IMG/VR virus record: IMGVR_UViG_3300025168_000044
Span: 1 to 64,000 of that record
DNA from: a virus
Reading direction: 5' to 3' (one strand)
DNA length: 64,000 bases
Each line of letters opens with the position of its first letter. Position 1 is the stretch's first letter. Below, one piece after another: positions 46,156 through 56,061 of this stretch. Position numbers and translations under genes: made by a program. A model generated the notes under the pieces. It had not been told where the DNA came from and ran no database searches. It saw only the letters and a program-made list of their open reading frames with translations.

Positions 46156-48786
46156 TTAATCGTTAGCTATGATGTTGTTAGTCGCATTGGAAATATCAAT
46201 GTCTCCAGAAGTTTGAGCCGAAGAGCCGGTCAATGTGTTGATATTGTTGAGAATGCTTTGCCCATAATTAGTCACCAGAGGGCTCATCGTGATGTACGGA
46301 TTGGTGGCTGCCAGCTGATTCGTTAGGTAGTTCCCAACATTACCCACCCCAGCATTTGCAAAGTTGATTGCCTGCCCCCCTGCAGCCAATTGGCTATTTG
46401 CCGCATTGGCGCTGATCCCTGCTGATGTGTTGTATAATTCCGCTTGTTGAATAGCAGCTCCTGCTTGTTGTCCTAAAAGCCCAACACCTTGCATCAAAGC
46501 GTTGGCTTTGTTGCTGATTAGATTGCCTTCAGAAAGTAAAGTATTGATTCCCATGCCATAAGCTGTACCTCGACCTGCTAGGCTGCGTTCGACACCACCG
46601 AGCAAGGAGGCTGAATTGCTCATGGCCTGAGCGCCCATGTTGAAGCTGTCAATTGCAGCTTGCCGTCTGGCTTGTTGAAGCGAGTTAGTTCGGTTGTTCT
46701 CCAACTCCATTAGAGCAGAAGTATACGCTGGTGAGTTCGGGCTCATCCCGCTTTGAGCAAATTGCGTATTGAGGGTTTCTCGAACGCCTTGTGCGCTCTG
46801 CTGCACTTGATCAGCAGCATCACTGTAAAGGAGATCCAGATAATTACGATACGGCGTAGGGCTACGAGATTCATTAAACATTTCACGATATTGAGCGCCT
46901 ACTTCATCATAGTCACTAGCCAGATCCTGAGTCAGAGATTCGTAAGGCCGCAGACGGTTGATTACTTCTTGATAATCCTGAGCAATCCCCCCTTCGCCTG
47001 GAGTAGAGCCGACCAGCTGCGTTTCATATTCGGCAAATCTGGCTTCAAAGGATTGGGGATTATAGACGGGGTTGCCATCTGAATCCGTGGTGTAGGCGCC
47101 AAAGCGATCACCAATGTCCGCAATCGCTTGCCCCATGTCGCGCATGTTATCAATGTCCTGCTCTGCTAGATCAATTGCGCCGCCTTCATCCAGCAGTTCA
47201 CTGACCACATTTTCTACACGATCATAAACTGTGGATTCCTCAATGACATTGCCCTCAGAATCCACTTCAATAGGTTGGCCGTTAAAGGTGTAGCTCTCTG
47301 CCGTTGCTGTGGATCCATCCGTTTGCAGGGTATTTCCTGTTGAATCCTGAAAGGTCCCATCGCCTTGCTGGGTATAGGTTGTTTGATCAATGACAACGCT
47401 GGCCCCCTGAGAAAACTGAGCAAATTCGGTATACCCAGATTCTGGTGTAATAATACCTACCTCATCTTCACCAACAGCTTTTCCTTTGGATGTAATGCCA
47501 ACAAAATTTCCATCGGCATCATAGACAAATTGCCCATATCCATCCCCACCCATTTCTTTAACAAATGAACTGGGGTCACGGTTATAGCTTGTTCTAAGAG
47601 AAGGGATTTCTACACCTAAATCTGTCGTTTTAGCAGGGGATTGTTCTTCCGTAGGGGGTGTGTCACTAACAGTAAACCCTGCTGGCAGGTTGTTCATATC
47701 TAACTGCCCAGCAATCGGATTGTTAATCTGAGCGTCAGGAAACAACTCTTGAAGTTGAGGCAACCCCTCTGGAGTCACAGGGTCAATTGGTTTTTGCCCA
47801 GGCACCAGCTCATAACCTTCTGCTAGGGTTTCCCCATCTGCCCCATAAATGCTTTCGCCTGTTTTAACCTTGATGCTGCCATCAGCTGCACTAGAGAGCT
47901 TGCTAAACACGCCGCCCTCTCTTGCCCCATTATCACCTGTTGGGGTACCAAAAAGATGATTCATTATGCCATCACGGATCCCAGCATTCTTTGCGTATTC
48001 CTTGCTGAGTATGCCAGTGCCATCATAGCCAGACAGCACGTTGTACGGCGTTTCCGTTGGCTCAAAAGATCCTGTTGTCTCATTGAAGTTGGCATAAACC
48101 ATTTGTCCTTGGCCGTTGTCCATTAAAATGGTTTCTTCCCCACCACCACTTGGCTGATAAACGTATACGCCTCGGTCTTCATCAAAAACAAAGGTGTCGC
48201 TATACGCTTGGTCAATTTCTTCTTTTGAAAGCTGGCTGTATTCAGCCTTGCCCAGCAGCATCTGCGACATATACTGAATCTGGGCTATCGTTTTTGGCGA
48301 AAGCCGAATCTGGCTATCCTCAAAGGTTGAGTTCATCCATTCGTTAAAAGCCTCTAGCGGGTCTTCAGCTTCCACGACCTGAGTGACAAACTCTTCCGCT
48401 TCCGCTTCTGTTACCCCACCACTATCACTGGTGGTGGTTGTGGAATTATTAAGGGTTTCGCCTGTTTTTGGATCTACCCCACCACCACCAAGGTTAATTG
48501 GCGTCCCTTGAGTAATGAACTCTGAAATTTGTTGAAGAACTCCTTTTTCTTCCTCTTCATCCTCCTCTGTGGTCTGACTGTTTACAATGATGTCCCCAAG
48601 GCTTTTCTCTGGGTCATCATTGTACTCCCGTAGCCCTGTCATTGGGTTCCGACCACCAGAGCCGCCTAGGCGTTTGAGCATTTGGGCTTCTTCAGGATTG
48701 ATGTGCGCAAGGATGGTGTCTCCCCCTCGCCCCATTTGTTCAGCTTGCTTAAGCACGCTTTTCATCCCTGAGCTGTAAGCATTCAT
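46156..48786 (-). CDS. Internal virion (ejection) protein
   Basis: GRGGDTILAHINPEEAQMLKRLGGSG..NP.TGL.E N-terminal motif; G/A/Q/N-rich C-terminus. Confidence 0.65.
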   Translation of the reverse strand: MNAYSSGMKSVLKQAEQMGRGGDTILAHINPEEAQMLKRLGGSGGRNPMTGLREYNDDPEKSLGDIIVNSQTTEEDEEEEKGVLQQISEFITQGTPINLGGGGVDPKTGETLNNSTTTTSDSGGVTEAEAEEFVTQVVEAEDPLEAFNEWMNSTFEDSQIRLSPKTIAQIQYMSQMLLGKAEYSQLSKEEIDQAYSDTFVFDEDRGVYVYQPSGGGEETILMDNGQGQMVYANFNETTGSFEPTETPYNVLSGYDGTGILSKEYAKNAGIRDGIMNHLFGTPTGDNGAREGGVFSKLSSAADGSIKVKTGESIYGADGETLAEGYELVPGQKPIDPVTPEGLPQLQELFPDAQINNPIAGQLDMNNLPAGFTVSDTPPTEEQSPAKTTDLGVEIPSLRTSYNRDPSSFVKEMGGDGYGQFVYDADGNFVGITSKGKAVGEDEVGIITPESGYTEFAQFSQGASVVIDQTTYTQQGDGTFQDSTGNTLQTDGSTATAESYTFNGQPIEVDSEGNVIEESTVYDRVENVVSELLDEGGAIDLAEQDIDNMRDMGQAIADIGDRFGAYTTDSDGNPVYNPQSFEARFAEYETQLVGSTPGEGGIAQDYQEVINRLRPYESLTQDLASDYDEVGAQYREMFNESRSPTPYRNYLDLLYSDAADQVQQSAQGVRETLNTQFAQSGMSPNSPAYTSALMELENNRTNSLQQARRQAAIDSFNMGAQAMSNSASLLGGVERSLAGRGTAYGMGINTLLSEGNLISNKANALMQGVGLLGQQAGAAIQQAELYNTSAGISANAANSQLAAGGQAINFANAGVGNVGNYLTNQLAATNPYITMSPLVTNYGQSILNNINTLTGSSAQTSGDIDISNATNNIIAND

Positions 48787-49568
48787 CTCGTTTCCTCGGT
48801 TTGTTGTGACATGGTTCGTTGTTCCAAATCGCTTAGGGTCCTATCCGTTTCAACAACAAAAACTTTACCTGCTGTTGGATTGAGTACCCGATATTGCAGG
48901 ACAAAGCCTACGGTCCCGCTCGGGAAGTATAGTTTCTCTGTCTTGGTTGCTGTTGAGGTCAGATTGTAGACTTTGTCGATGGCAACCCCGTCCAGATACC
49001 ATTGGAGCTCGACAGAGCCCCGATAGGTGATCTGAAACTCAGCATGAGTCCTGATCCCTCTATAAAATCTGGGAGGCAAGGCTCTTGGAATAGCCCAAAG
49101 GATTTCCGCATCCGCAGCAGAATCGGCTGTATTGTGAATGTGGGGTACAAACCCATAGCTAATTGGGTCAAAATAAAGCCGAAGGGTTTCCGTCACTTCA
49201 GTGGTGGAAGCCTCTTTTTTTGTTGCGACGGTATACAGTGTATCTTTAGCGTTTCCATCTACATAAACTTGAGGGCGTAAAGTACCAGCTCCTCGGAAAC
49301 CAATCTCGTAGTAGTGGAAAAGCTGCTGCTCTAGGAAGCTCTCCACCGGCACGGTTTCAAATACATAATTAAGCAGTGAAGTAGATGAGCTTGAGAGATG
49401 GCCGATATAGCCAGAGGTAGCCACTGGCAGAGTCAGGCGCCGCCCCCGAAAACTATTATGGTTTGGAAGGTTCACCGCTGTCATGATATTTAAGCCATCA
49501 ACACTCACAGTGATTGTCGGTGCCCCCACATACTCAACTCTCAAAGCGGTGAATAAAACCCGATTCAT
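48783..49568 (-). CDS. Putative tail structural protein
   Basis: Beta-rich, repeated VDG/LDG strands like the nozzle C-terminus. Confidence 0.5.
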   Translation of the reverse strand: MNRVLFTALRVEYVGAPTITVSVDGLNIMTAVNLPNHNSFRGRRLTLPVATSGYIGHLSSSSTSLLNYVFETVPVESFLEQQLFHYYEIGFRGAGTLRPQVYVDGNAKDTLYTVATKKEASTTEVTETLRLYFDPISYGFVPHIHNTADSAADAEILWAIPRALPPRFYRGIRTHAEFQITYRGSVELQWYLDGVAIDKVYNLTSTATKTEKLYFPSGTVGFVLQYRVLNPTAGKVFVVETDRTLSDLEQRTMSQQTEETR

Positions 49569-49762
49569 GAGAATTCGTTTGTCAACGCAGTCTTAATCGC
49601 TGCAAGATCGGCGTTACTGCTACTTGTGATGATCTCCACAATCTTGTCAACCTGTGCTTGTAGATTCGCTGTGTTGTCATAAGTCTGCCGAAATGACTCA
49701 CGGATTTTTGGATCTTCTACCAAAAAATATTGTTCGTAATTGCTGTTTTTTTGTTGTGCCAT
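49565..49762 (-). CDS. Small structural protein
   Basis: Coupled in the tail operon. Confidence 0.55.
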   Translation of the reverse strand: MAQQKNSNYEQYFLVEDPKIRESFRQTYDNTANLQAQVDKIVEIITSSSNADLAAIKTALTNEFS

Positions 49763-49763
49763 A

Positions 49764-52700
49764 TTAGCTCGTTATCACTTCATATTCGGTATCAATCCAA
49801 TCAACCTTGCCTGTTGACCAGTTGATTTCCACACTCCAAGTGTCTGCCACAGGCAGCCCGTAAAGCGTATTGGCCGTGTTCGTTGTGGGGAGATGCACTC
49901 TCGCTGGCTCAGAGCGCGTACCGCTCTCAATCGTGACTGTAACCGGAGTTGCTACTGCGGGATCGGCTGTATCAAAGAAAACAGCCTTCCCATCTAGAAA
50001 GACTTGTACCGTCCCACTACCCGTACCATTGATGGTCACATTGCGCACTAGCTTCAGACTGCCAAATGCCCCGCCGTCAAACTCTCTGGATTTATAATTA
50101 AACCCAAGACGGCTACTCCCACCTCGAATCACACCTCTGCGGGAAAAAAGCTGATTTACAGATGAGCGGTAATACAAAACAGGAGGGAGCGTTTGGCCTG
50201 AATTATTTGCAGGAGTTGTGCTGCTGCCCTCTTTTAAATCTATGCGGCTGATTGGGAACCCTTGTAGCGAAAAATCGACGGCAAAGCCTGTTTCTGTCCC
50301 ATCCACGACATAGTAAACATCTTCAAATTGCGCAGCATGGAGCTGTGACCCAGTAGCCAGACCTAGTGTAGCTAACCGGCCTCGCGTGATATTGACTACA
50401 GATTCTCCGTTATAGGCACAAATCCCTGTTTGTGAAACCCAGACTAAATACTGCCCGACCTGAGCGATGGTCCGTTCTTGGTTTTTGGGTAATCCCTCTG
50501 TTGAAGCCAATTTTGATTTGCGCATTTGATCGTGGCGGCTACCTGTGACTCTAAAAACCCCTGAGCCTGTCCAGACAATTAACTCACCTGGGTAGCTGTG
50601 CAAACCAGTAATACTGCTTTCAAACTCAACGTATCCAGCCAGCGGCCAGTTACGAGGGTTGTTGTACTCGCTGACAAAAAGGAAAGAGTCAGACTTGTTT
50701 ACATTTAAACCCCCATATCTAGCGGCTGGCGTGGATTCGGTCCCGACTGCAAAAAAGAAGTTGTTGCTCTCTTTTAAAAACCGCAAATACGTTGGAGCTG
50801 CTGTCTGAGTTGCCCCGCTAGTTAACCCCCCAGTGGTTAATCCTGTTGCAAAAATGTCTAGAAAGTCGCTGGTCCCTGTGATCGCACCTGAATTTACTCC
50901 ATTGCCGTTGCGATCAAACACATCAAAACACCGCACAACAGCATAAGTATCATCCACTTCAGAGCTAGTGTTTGTGCCAGTAATTACTTTTTTCTCCAAC
51001 CAAAAGTCTGCAGCTAAAAATCGCTTATTTGCCCCAGGATTAGGCGTTGATCCGGTTTGTGCAACCAGCGTAATAGTTGGGGCAGCATTGCCAGCAAACG
51101 TGATCCCGACGGTGTTGGCCTTGGCGGGCGAATTGCTACCAACAGTCACAAAAGTGTCTTGGTAAGCGTAGAATTTGAGCCGATACGCTTCACCTGTTTC
51201 CAAGTTAGAAAAGCTGACTTGTTTGCTGGTAGCGCCAGTATTGCTCGCATCATAGGCAAAAGTTACTGCCGGTCTATTTTGATAAGTTGAACCGGCAAAG
51301 ACACTTTCTGGAGCAATGTAGCCAAGATCAACTGTAGCCGTGTTGTCACGCCTCTCCAGTTTGTAAGCTACCAAGGGCGTTGTCGAATTTATGGAGGTGT
51401 GAAGATCCGGCAGAGCAATCGTGAAGTTTAAGCGTTGGGGGCTGTTGAGCAAATTCAGCGAATTGCTTAGAACAAGGGGTTCTTGAGTGGTTACTTGCGT
51501 ATAATCTGCACTGAGTTGAGGGAGGTAGTTGCTTTGGCGCACACTGCGCAAAAAATAACCATGCCCCGTCAGGGTAAATGCACGGTTTGCTGCCAGCCAG
51601 TTGTAGCCTCTTGCCGTGTCCTCATCTTCTGAACCGACATCGCTGTCAGACGCATAGACTTTGTAGAGCTTGCGACGGGCGTCATCGTAGGTAAAAGCCG
51701 GTGTGGTGGGGATAGAAGCTACTGCTGGGATTAAATCTGTACGGTCACTATATGTGTAATTTGTGATCGTATCTGTGAGATTACTATATGTGTAAGTGGC
51801 ATTGGTTGTGAAACTGTCCGTATGAAGGCTATAGGTGTAGTTTGTATTTGTGCTGGCTGTAGTTCTGTTAGTTAAATTATAATAATGAACTGTTGCTACG
51901 TCTCCAGTAGCAAAATTGCTTTGATCGTATGTCGTAAGACCAAAGCTACCAATATTGTAACTGTACGTTCCGTCAGAAACCTGCGTAGGGCGGCTACTTG
52001 AATTATTGTAGAAATAATTTGCTACCGCAGGGTTTGTGACATCTGCGGCGAAAACAACCACACTATTCCACCAAACACGAACCCACCAAAGGTCTGATGT
52101 ATCATAATAGTAATATCCGTAGATTTTTGTAGTCACCCCAGCGCTTGTTGATTGTGAAATAAGACCGGCTCTTACAAAAAAGTAACCTGCATAGGCTGAG
52201 TTATTATATCCAGTTGTACTACTGTTCATATAACAGGACGTAGAATTTTTGGCTTGGGTTCCGGCTGCGACAGACGCACCAAGTTCAGACGAGGAAGTCG
52301 TGAGCCCCGTGAACGACCGAAGAAGCGTAGAGTTAAAATAAAGTGTGAGGCTGCCGTAGGCGCCCGTGCCACTACTTGTCTCTTCTGTTTTCCAGTAAAA
52401 TCCGCTGGATATCCCACCAGTTTGCATAACTAATTTTTTCAGGAATATCCATTTGTAATCGTATCCTATGCCTGTTGTCGCACTTGAAGGGGGTGTTTCT
52501 GTTGTACCCCCACTTGTCCCTGTCCCGAGCCGTGTGTAGAAATTATTGTAAGCAATTGAATTTCCAGCACCATCTTGGAGAGCTGACCCAGTATATGTGG
52601 TTGGAGCATAATAATAAGTGGCCCCATTGCGCGTATAGGTATTAAAAGTGTAGTTATCCATCCCAGAGCGGGAGTCTGAGAAATTTGTCCCTGGGGCATA

Positions 52701-53591
52701 CACAGGGGTAAATTGGCTGACCGATGAAGAGCTTAATGTGACCGTGGAGCCAGCAGACCCGCCCGTTGGTTCTTGAATAGCCACCTGCCCTGCCTCTTGA
52801 TAAAAAGTGTCCCCATCATGGTACCACTCAATCTTATTTCTAGCGGTATCTACTTGGCCTGTAGTAGTATACGGGGGAGTGAATTGAAAAGCGGTAGTAG
52901 ACAATACCGAAAAAGTCTGCGTTGTACTGCCAGTTGCATTTTGAATTTTACCGTTGTCTGGGTGCTGAAAGTAGGTAATATTATTTTTAGTCCAAGCGAC
53001 TCTTCCTCTAGCTGTGTCTGTAGAGCCTTGTTGATAAACTGGATCAAATTCACTAGCGTTGCTAGTCGTTACCGTAACGGTCTGTGCTGAAGTCCCTGTC
53101 GAGCCGGTGACTTGGCTGACAAGAATTTCTGAAGTGGCAAGGTTTTCAGAAGTTGCAGTTGCATTAGTGGCACTAAAAGTTGAAGTTCCTGGCGAGTTGA
53201 AATTAATTGTCTCCGCTTGCTGGGCACCATCTCGAAAAACCCTGAGTTGCCCATCGCTATGCCCAACTCCAAACGTCACATATAAGTCTTTGTTCCATAA
53301 GGAAAAATCCGTTGAGTTTGCATAGTAAGGCGTGGTTGAAGGGACACCCGTGTCATCTTGAGAATAGATACTTACCCAACGCCCAGCAAAGAGAATATCG
53401 CTTAAGTTCCCGGGCTCATAAAAATAACTACCGCCAGCTTTTTCAGCAGTATTGAGCTGTTCACGGCCTTCCAGCCTCACTAATGCCAAATCAACATTGC
53501 TCATATCTTGGCCTTGCGTTTCGCCAATCGTATGGCCGCTAATCTTGTTGTTCAGGCCCCCGCGAAAATCGACAATGATGCTTTTAGCCAT
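49764..53591 (-). CDS. Tail nozzle / tubular protein B-like with large S/T/Y-rich insertion
   Basis: DFRGGLN start, LFVSEYNNPRNWP, WVSQTGIC, YKSREF. Confidence 0.7.
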   Translation of the reverse strand: MAKSIIVDFRGGLNNKISGHTIGETQGQDMSNVDLALVRLEGREQLNTAEKAGGSYFYEPGNLSDILFAGRWVSIYSQDDTGVPSTTPYYANSTDFSLWNKDLYVTFGVGHSDGQLRVFRDGAQQAETINFNSPGTSTFSATNATATSENLATSEILVSQVTGSTGTSAQTVTVTTSNASEFDPVYQQGSTDTARGRVAWTKNNITYFQHPDNGKIQNATGSTTQTFSVLSTTAFQFTPPYTTTGQVDTARNKIEWYHDGDTFYQEAGQVAIQEPTGGSAGSTVTLSSSSVSQFTPVYAPGTNFSDSRSGMDNYTFNTYTRNGATYYYAPTTYTGSALQDGAGNSIAYNNFYTRLGTGTSGGTTETPPSSATTGIGYDYKWIFLKKLVMQTGGISSGFYWKTEETSSGTGAYGSLTLYFNSTLLRSFTGLTTSSSELGASVAAGTQAKNSTSCYMNSSTTGYNNSAYAGYFFVRAGLISQSTSAGVTTKIYGYYYYDTSDLWWVRVWWNSVVVFAADVTNPAVANYFYNNSSSRPTQVSDGTYSYNIGSFGLTTYDQSNFATGDVATVHYYNLTNRTTASTNTNYTYSLHTDSFTTNATYTYSNLTDTITNYTYSDRTDLIPAVASIPTTPAFTYDDARRKLYKVYASDSDVGSEDEDTARGYNWLAANRAFTLTGHGYFLRSVRQSNYLPQLSADYTQVTTQEPLVLSNSLNLLNSPQRLNFTIALPDLHTSINSTTPLVAYKLERRDNTATVDLGYIAPESVFAGSTYQNRPAVTFAYDASNTGATSKQVSFSNLETGEAYRLKFYAYQDTFVTVGSNSPAKANTVGITFAGNAAPTITLVAQTGSTPNPGANKRFLAADFWLEKKVITGTNTSSEVDDTYAVVRCFDVFDRNGNGVNSGAITGTSDFLDIFATGLTTGGLTSGATQTAAPTYLRFLKESNNFFFAVGTESTPAARYGGLNVNKSDSFLFVSEYNNPRNWPLAGYVEFESSITGLHSYPGELIVWTGSGVFRVTGSRHDQMRKSKLASTEGLPKNQERTIAQVGQYLVWVSQTGICAYNGESVVNITRGRLATLGLATGSQLHAAQFEDVYYVVDGTETGFAVDFSLQGFPISRIDLKEGSSTTPANNSGQTLPPVLYYRSSVNQLFSRRGVIRGGSSRLGFNYKSREFDGGAFGSLKLVRNVTINGTGSGTVQVFLDGKAVFFDTADPAVATPVTVTIESGTRSEPARVHLPTTNTANTLYGLPVADTWSVEINWSTGKVDWIDTEYEVITS

Positions 53592-53867
53592 TTAGCACTC
53601 CCACCGCTTCCGGCTCCAGAAATTTGCACTTAACTTATTATTTCCCAAGGGTTTGCTCCTAGCACAATAGCTCTTCTTAGCCTTTGCATTGTTTTTGCGC
53701 ACTGGTAAATTTGGGTCTCCAAATCGTACTAAACGCACTTGATCGCCTGACTTAGCAAGAACGGCATATTCCTTTTTGCCTCCTGAAGTCCGAACCGGCG
53801 AATTGTATTTCTTGAAAGTAATTCCGCCCCGAGTCATCTTGCTGGATTTACTTTTTTCTTTTGGCAT
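53592..53867 (-). CDS. Basic conserved phage protein
   Basis: VLAKSGDQVRLVRFGDP...KSYCAR...LSANFWSRK.W. Confidence 0.7.
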   Translation of the reverse strand: MPKEKSKSSKMTRGGITFKKYNSPVRTSGGKKEYAVLAKSGDQVRLVRFGDPNLPVRKNNAKAKKSYCARSKPLGNNKLSANFWSRKRWEC

Positions 53868-54123
53868 GAGCCCCTTTTTTTGTGGCTACATTTGTTGGTT
53901 TTCCACCAATTGCTTGAGCTTTTGAGCGTTTACGGCGTACTGCCGATTGCTTTTCAGAATCACTCATTTTAGAAGCTTTAGAACTTGGGACACATTTCGG
54001 GTATCCTTTAGAGCTGGTAGATGCTTTCTTGCGACCACATGGCGGGTGAGAGCCATCTTTCTTTTTACGAGAGATGTCTACCCATTTCTGTTTATGCCAA
54101 CTGTCTAACCCTCCTTTTGCCAT
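53848..54123 (-). CDS. Basic conserved phage protein
   Basis: GGLDSW.KQKWVDI...PCGRK...GYPKCVP; ATG 54123 overlaps the upstream TAA. Confidence 0.7.
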   Translation of the reverse strand: MAKGGLDSWHKQKWVDISRKKKDGSHPPCGRKKASTSSKGYPKCVPSSKASKMSDSEKQSAVRRKRSKAQAIGGKPTNVATKKGAHAKRKK

Positions 54124-54293
54124 TACTTGCCTTTCTTTTTCTTGGGCTTTTTCGACCAAGTGCCGCCCATTTCCTTGTATCTCTTACTTGCGTAGCTGTT
54201 TGAGTATGCGCTTGGTACCACTTTGTACTTCCGTTTTGCTTCCGCTTGGGCTTTGGCCCAGAGACTCGGATTGTTGGGCTTGTTTTCGCTCAT
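54123..54293 (-). CDS. DUF5872-like basic microprotein (56 aa, not in track)
   Basis: MSENKPNNPSLWAKAQAEAKRKYKVVPSAYSNSYASKRYKEMGGTWSKKPKKKKGK. Confidence 0.7.
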   Translation of the reverse strand: MSENKPNNPSLWAKAQAEAKRKYKVVPSAYSNSYASKRYKEMGGTWSKKPKKKKGK

Positions 54294-54431
54294 TTTCTAC
54301 CGCTTTTTGCAAAGGTTTTTTGTTGAGGCTGGGCTCAGGGATGTAGTCCTCCAAATGAGGGTCCCAGCGACACCAGCCGTACTCTGGGGACCACATCGTT
54401 TGAATACGCTTTGCTGTGCGGCCATACCTCA

Positions 54432-54605
54432 CTACTGCTCCTTGGCCTTTTTTTTGGCTGTAGCTGACAGATCCTTCATGTGAAAAAGCGGCTTACTACT
54501 TGCCGTGTGCGTTGCACCAGTATGTAAAGCCCCATCTTTCATCTTATGCGTAGGTCCGTTATAGGCTTTGCCTGTCCGAAAGTAGTGTTTAGCTCCAGCA
54601 GCCAT
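54432..54605 (-). CDS. His/Lys-rich microprotein (57 aa)
   Basis: MAAGAKHYFRTGKAYNGPTHKMKDGALHTGATHTASSKPLFH...; TGATG coupling. Confidence 0.65.
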   Translation of the reverse strand: MAAGAKHYFRTGKAYNGPTHKMKDGALHTGATHTASSKPLFHMKDLSATAKKKAKEQ

Positions 54606-54688
54606 CAGTACCCCTTCTTCTTTTTCACCACTTTTTTTTTCTTGGCAACCGGCTTTTTCGACATTGGCTTTTTCTTCATACCGTACAT
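54605..54688 (-). CDS. 27-aa Lys-rich peptide (not in track)
   Basis: AGGAG RBS; MYGMKKKPMSKKPVAKKKKVVKKKKGY; stop overlaps the next ATG. Confidence 0.65.
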   Translation of the reverse strand: MYGMKKKPMSKKPVAKKKKVVKKKKGY

Positions 54689-54709
54689 AACAGCTCCTAG
54701 TTAAATTGG

Positions 54710-54779
54710 TGAGGGCTTTTGGGCTCGCTGCAGGCAGACCCCTCTGCCTTTGGCTTACGCCAAGAGAACCCAGCCCCCA
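54710..54779 (-). ncRNA. Candidate multi-stem structured RNA element
   Basis: Closing stem plus two hairpins, one with a GUAA tetraloop, filling the intergenic gap. Confidence 0.45.
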
Positions 54780-54783
54780 TGTG

Positions 54784-55161
54784 TTAATAAGTCCAAACAG
54801 TTGGCCGATAACGATCACTGTCCTCAGCTTCCAAATCATCAATGTGGAGGAAACGCCCTCCAGCCACCCCTATGCCAAGCATCCCGTATTTCAGGGCCAA
54901 TTTGAGCAGTAGGTGCATGTCCCCACCACGGCATGACAGATCAGCAGCCCTGCCTGTCGTATGAGGCCCTGTTCGGCTTTTAGTCCCACTCACTTTTTCG
55001 TTGTGATCAGGGCACCGATAGCCCGAATTTATTTTGATTGGCTTCTGATATTCACTGCGAATGCACTGCAGCTTATCAATAAATTTATCGCTCATCAGGT
55101 TTCCCCCACAGCCACATTTGCATATAAACTCAGTTGCACTGAAATTGATTGTATCCTTCAT
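54784..55161 (-). CDS. Endolysin, peptidase M15A family
   Basis: EFICKCGCG, INSGYRCPDHN..V, H..G.AAD, FLHID. Confidence 0.88.
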   Translation of the reverse strand: MKDTINFSATEFICKCGCGGNLMSDKFIDKLQCIRSEYQKPIKINSGYRCPDHNEKVSGTKSRTGPHTTGRAADLSCRGGDMHLLLKLALKYGMLGIGVAGGRFLHIDDLEAEDSDRYRPTVWTY

Positions 55162-55502
55162 TTGCTGTTCTTTGTTTCTTGCTGCATGATGATTTTAAGC
55201 TCATTGATGCTGGTGTGAAGATCCTGCAAAACTTTAGTTGTATTTTCCATAATACCCATCAGGCTTTGATAGCTCGACTTCTGGAGCTCCAAGACTCTGA
55301 TGTCGCTAGCAGTGTCTTTTTCGTCAAATCTCTTACGTTCTTCAGATGCCTCCAACCGTAGTTTCTCCCGCTCAAGCTGGTGTTCTTGCTCTTTTCGATC
55401 AAATGTCTGGTTTAGAAAGCGGATGTACCAAAAGGCGCAACCGAGAACTAACGTTGATGTCCCAAGTTGTTGGGCCATTTCGACAAACCCTGCATCAATC
55501 AT
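55158..55502 (-). CDS. Single-TM coiled-coil protein (holin/antiholin-like)
   Basis: One N-terminal hydrophobic helix plus coiled coil, coupled to the endolysin. Confidence 0.5.
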   Translation of the reverse strand: MIDAGFVEMAQQLGTSTLVLGCAFWYIRFLNQTFDRKEQEHQLEREKLRLEASEERKRFDEKDTASDIRVLELQKSSYQSLMGIMENTTKVLQDLHTSINELKIIMQQETKNSK

Positions 55503-55503
55503 A

Positions 55504-56052
55504 TCAAGACTCCGGCCAACGATTAATAATAGCCCTTCCAACTAAATTACGATTCTCTTCGTCATACTTTGCGTCGAATAGAGCCTTAAACTCTTCTAGA
55601 GTAGTAGTGCCTTTAATAGCAGTTTCTATTGAGTTACATGCTGCTCTAACAGATGCTCTATAGTCTAAAGTCTCTTGTGGTACTGCTTTATTATTTTCCT
55701 GATTACGGATAATCATCCAGTCTGTTGGAGTTAATTTAGAACTACAAGTAGCTTTGGCTTTTGCAATATGTTTGGTCTTTAATCCCTGTTGAATCTGCGG
55801 ATTACCTTCAACGTCTAAAACAGCGTTACCTTCTTCATCTACTACTTTAACATCCTCTAAATTTCTAGCGTTATTAGCTGACCAGTAGAACCTGTTATCA
55901 TAAGATTCTGGAACTACTTGCTCTTGCCAAGTAAGTCCCATGTCACGCTTAAACTCGTCTGTCCACCTAGTCCAAACACTAGGATGCATTACTCCATTAT
56001 CATCTGTCCAACTTCTGCCTGCTAGTATCGTAACACCATTGTATTGCCACAT
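55504..56052 (-). CDS. Tail fibre assembly chaperone-like protein
   Basis: YDNRFYW, LTPTDWMIIR..E...VP....YRA.VR, terminal WP. Confidence 0.7.
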   Translation of the reverse strand: MWQYNGVTILAGRSWTDDNGVMHPSVWTRWTDEFKRDMGLTWQEQVVPESYDNRFYWSANNARNLEDVKVVDEEGNAVLDVEGNPQIQQGLKTKHIAKAKATCSSKLTPTDWMIIRNQENNKAVPQETLDYRASVRAACNSIETAIKGTTTLEEFKALFDAKYDEENRNLVGRAIINRWPES

Positions 56053-56061
56053 ATTTTCACT

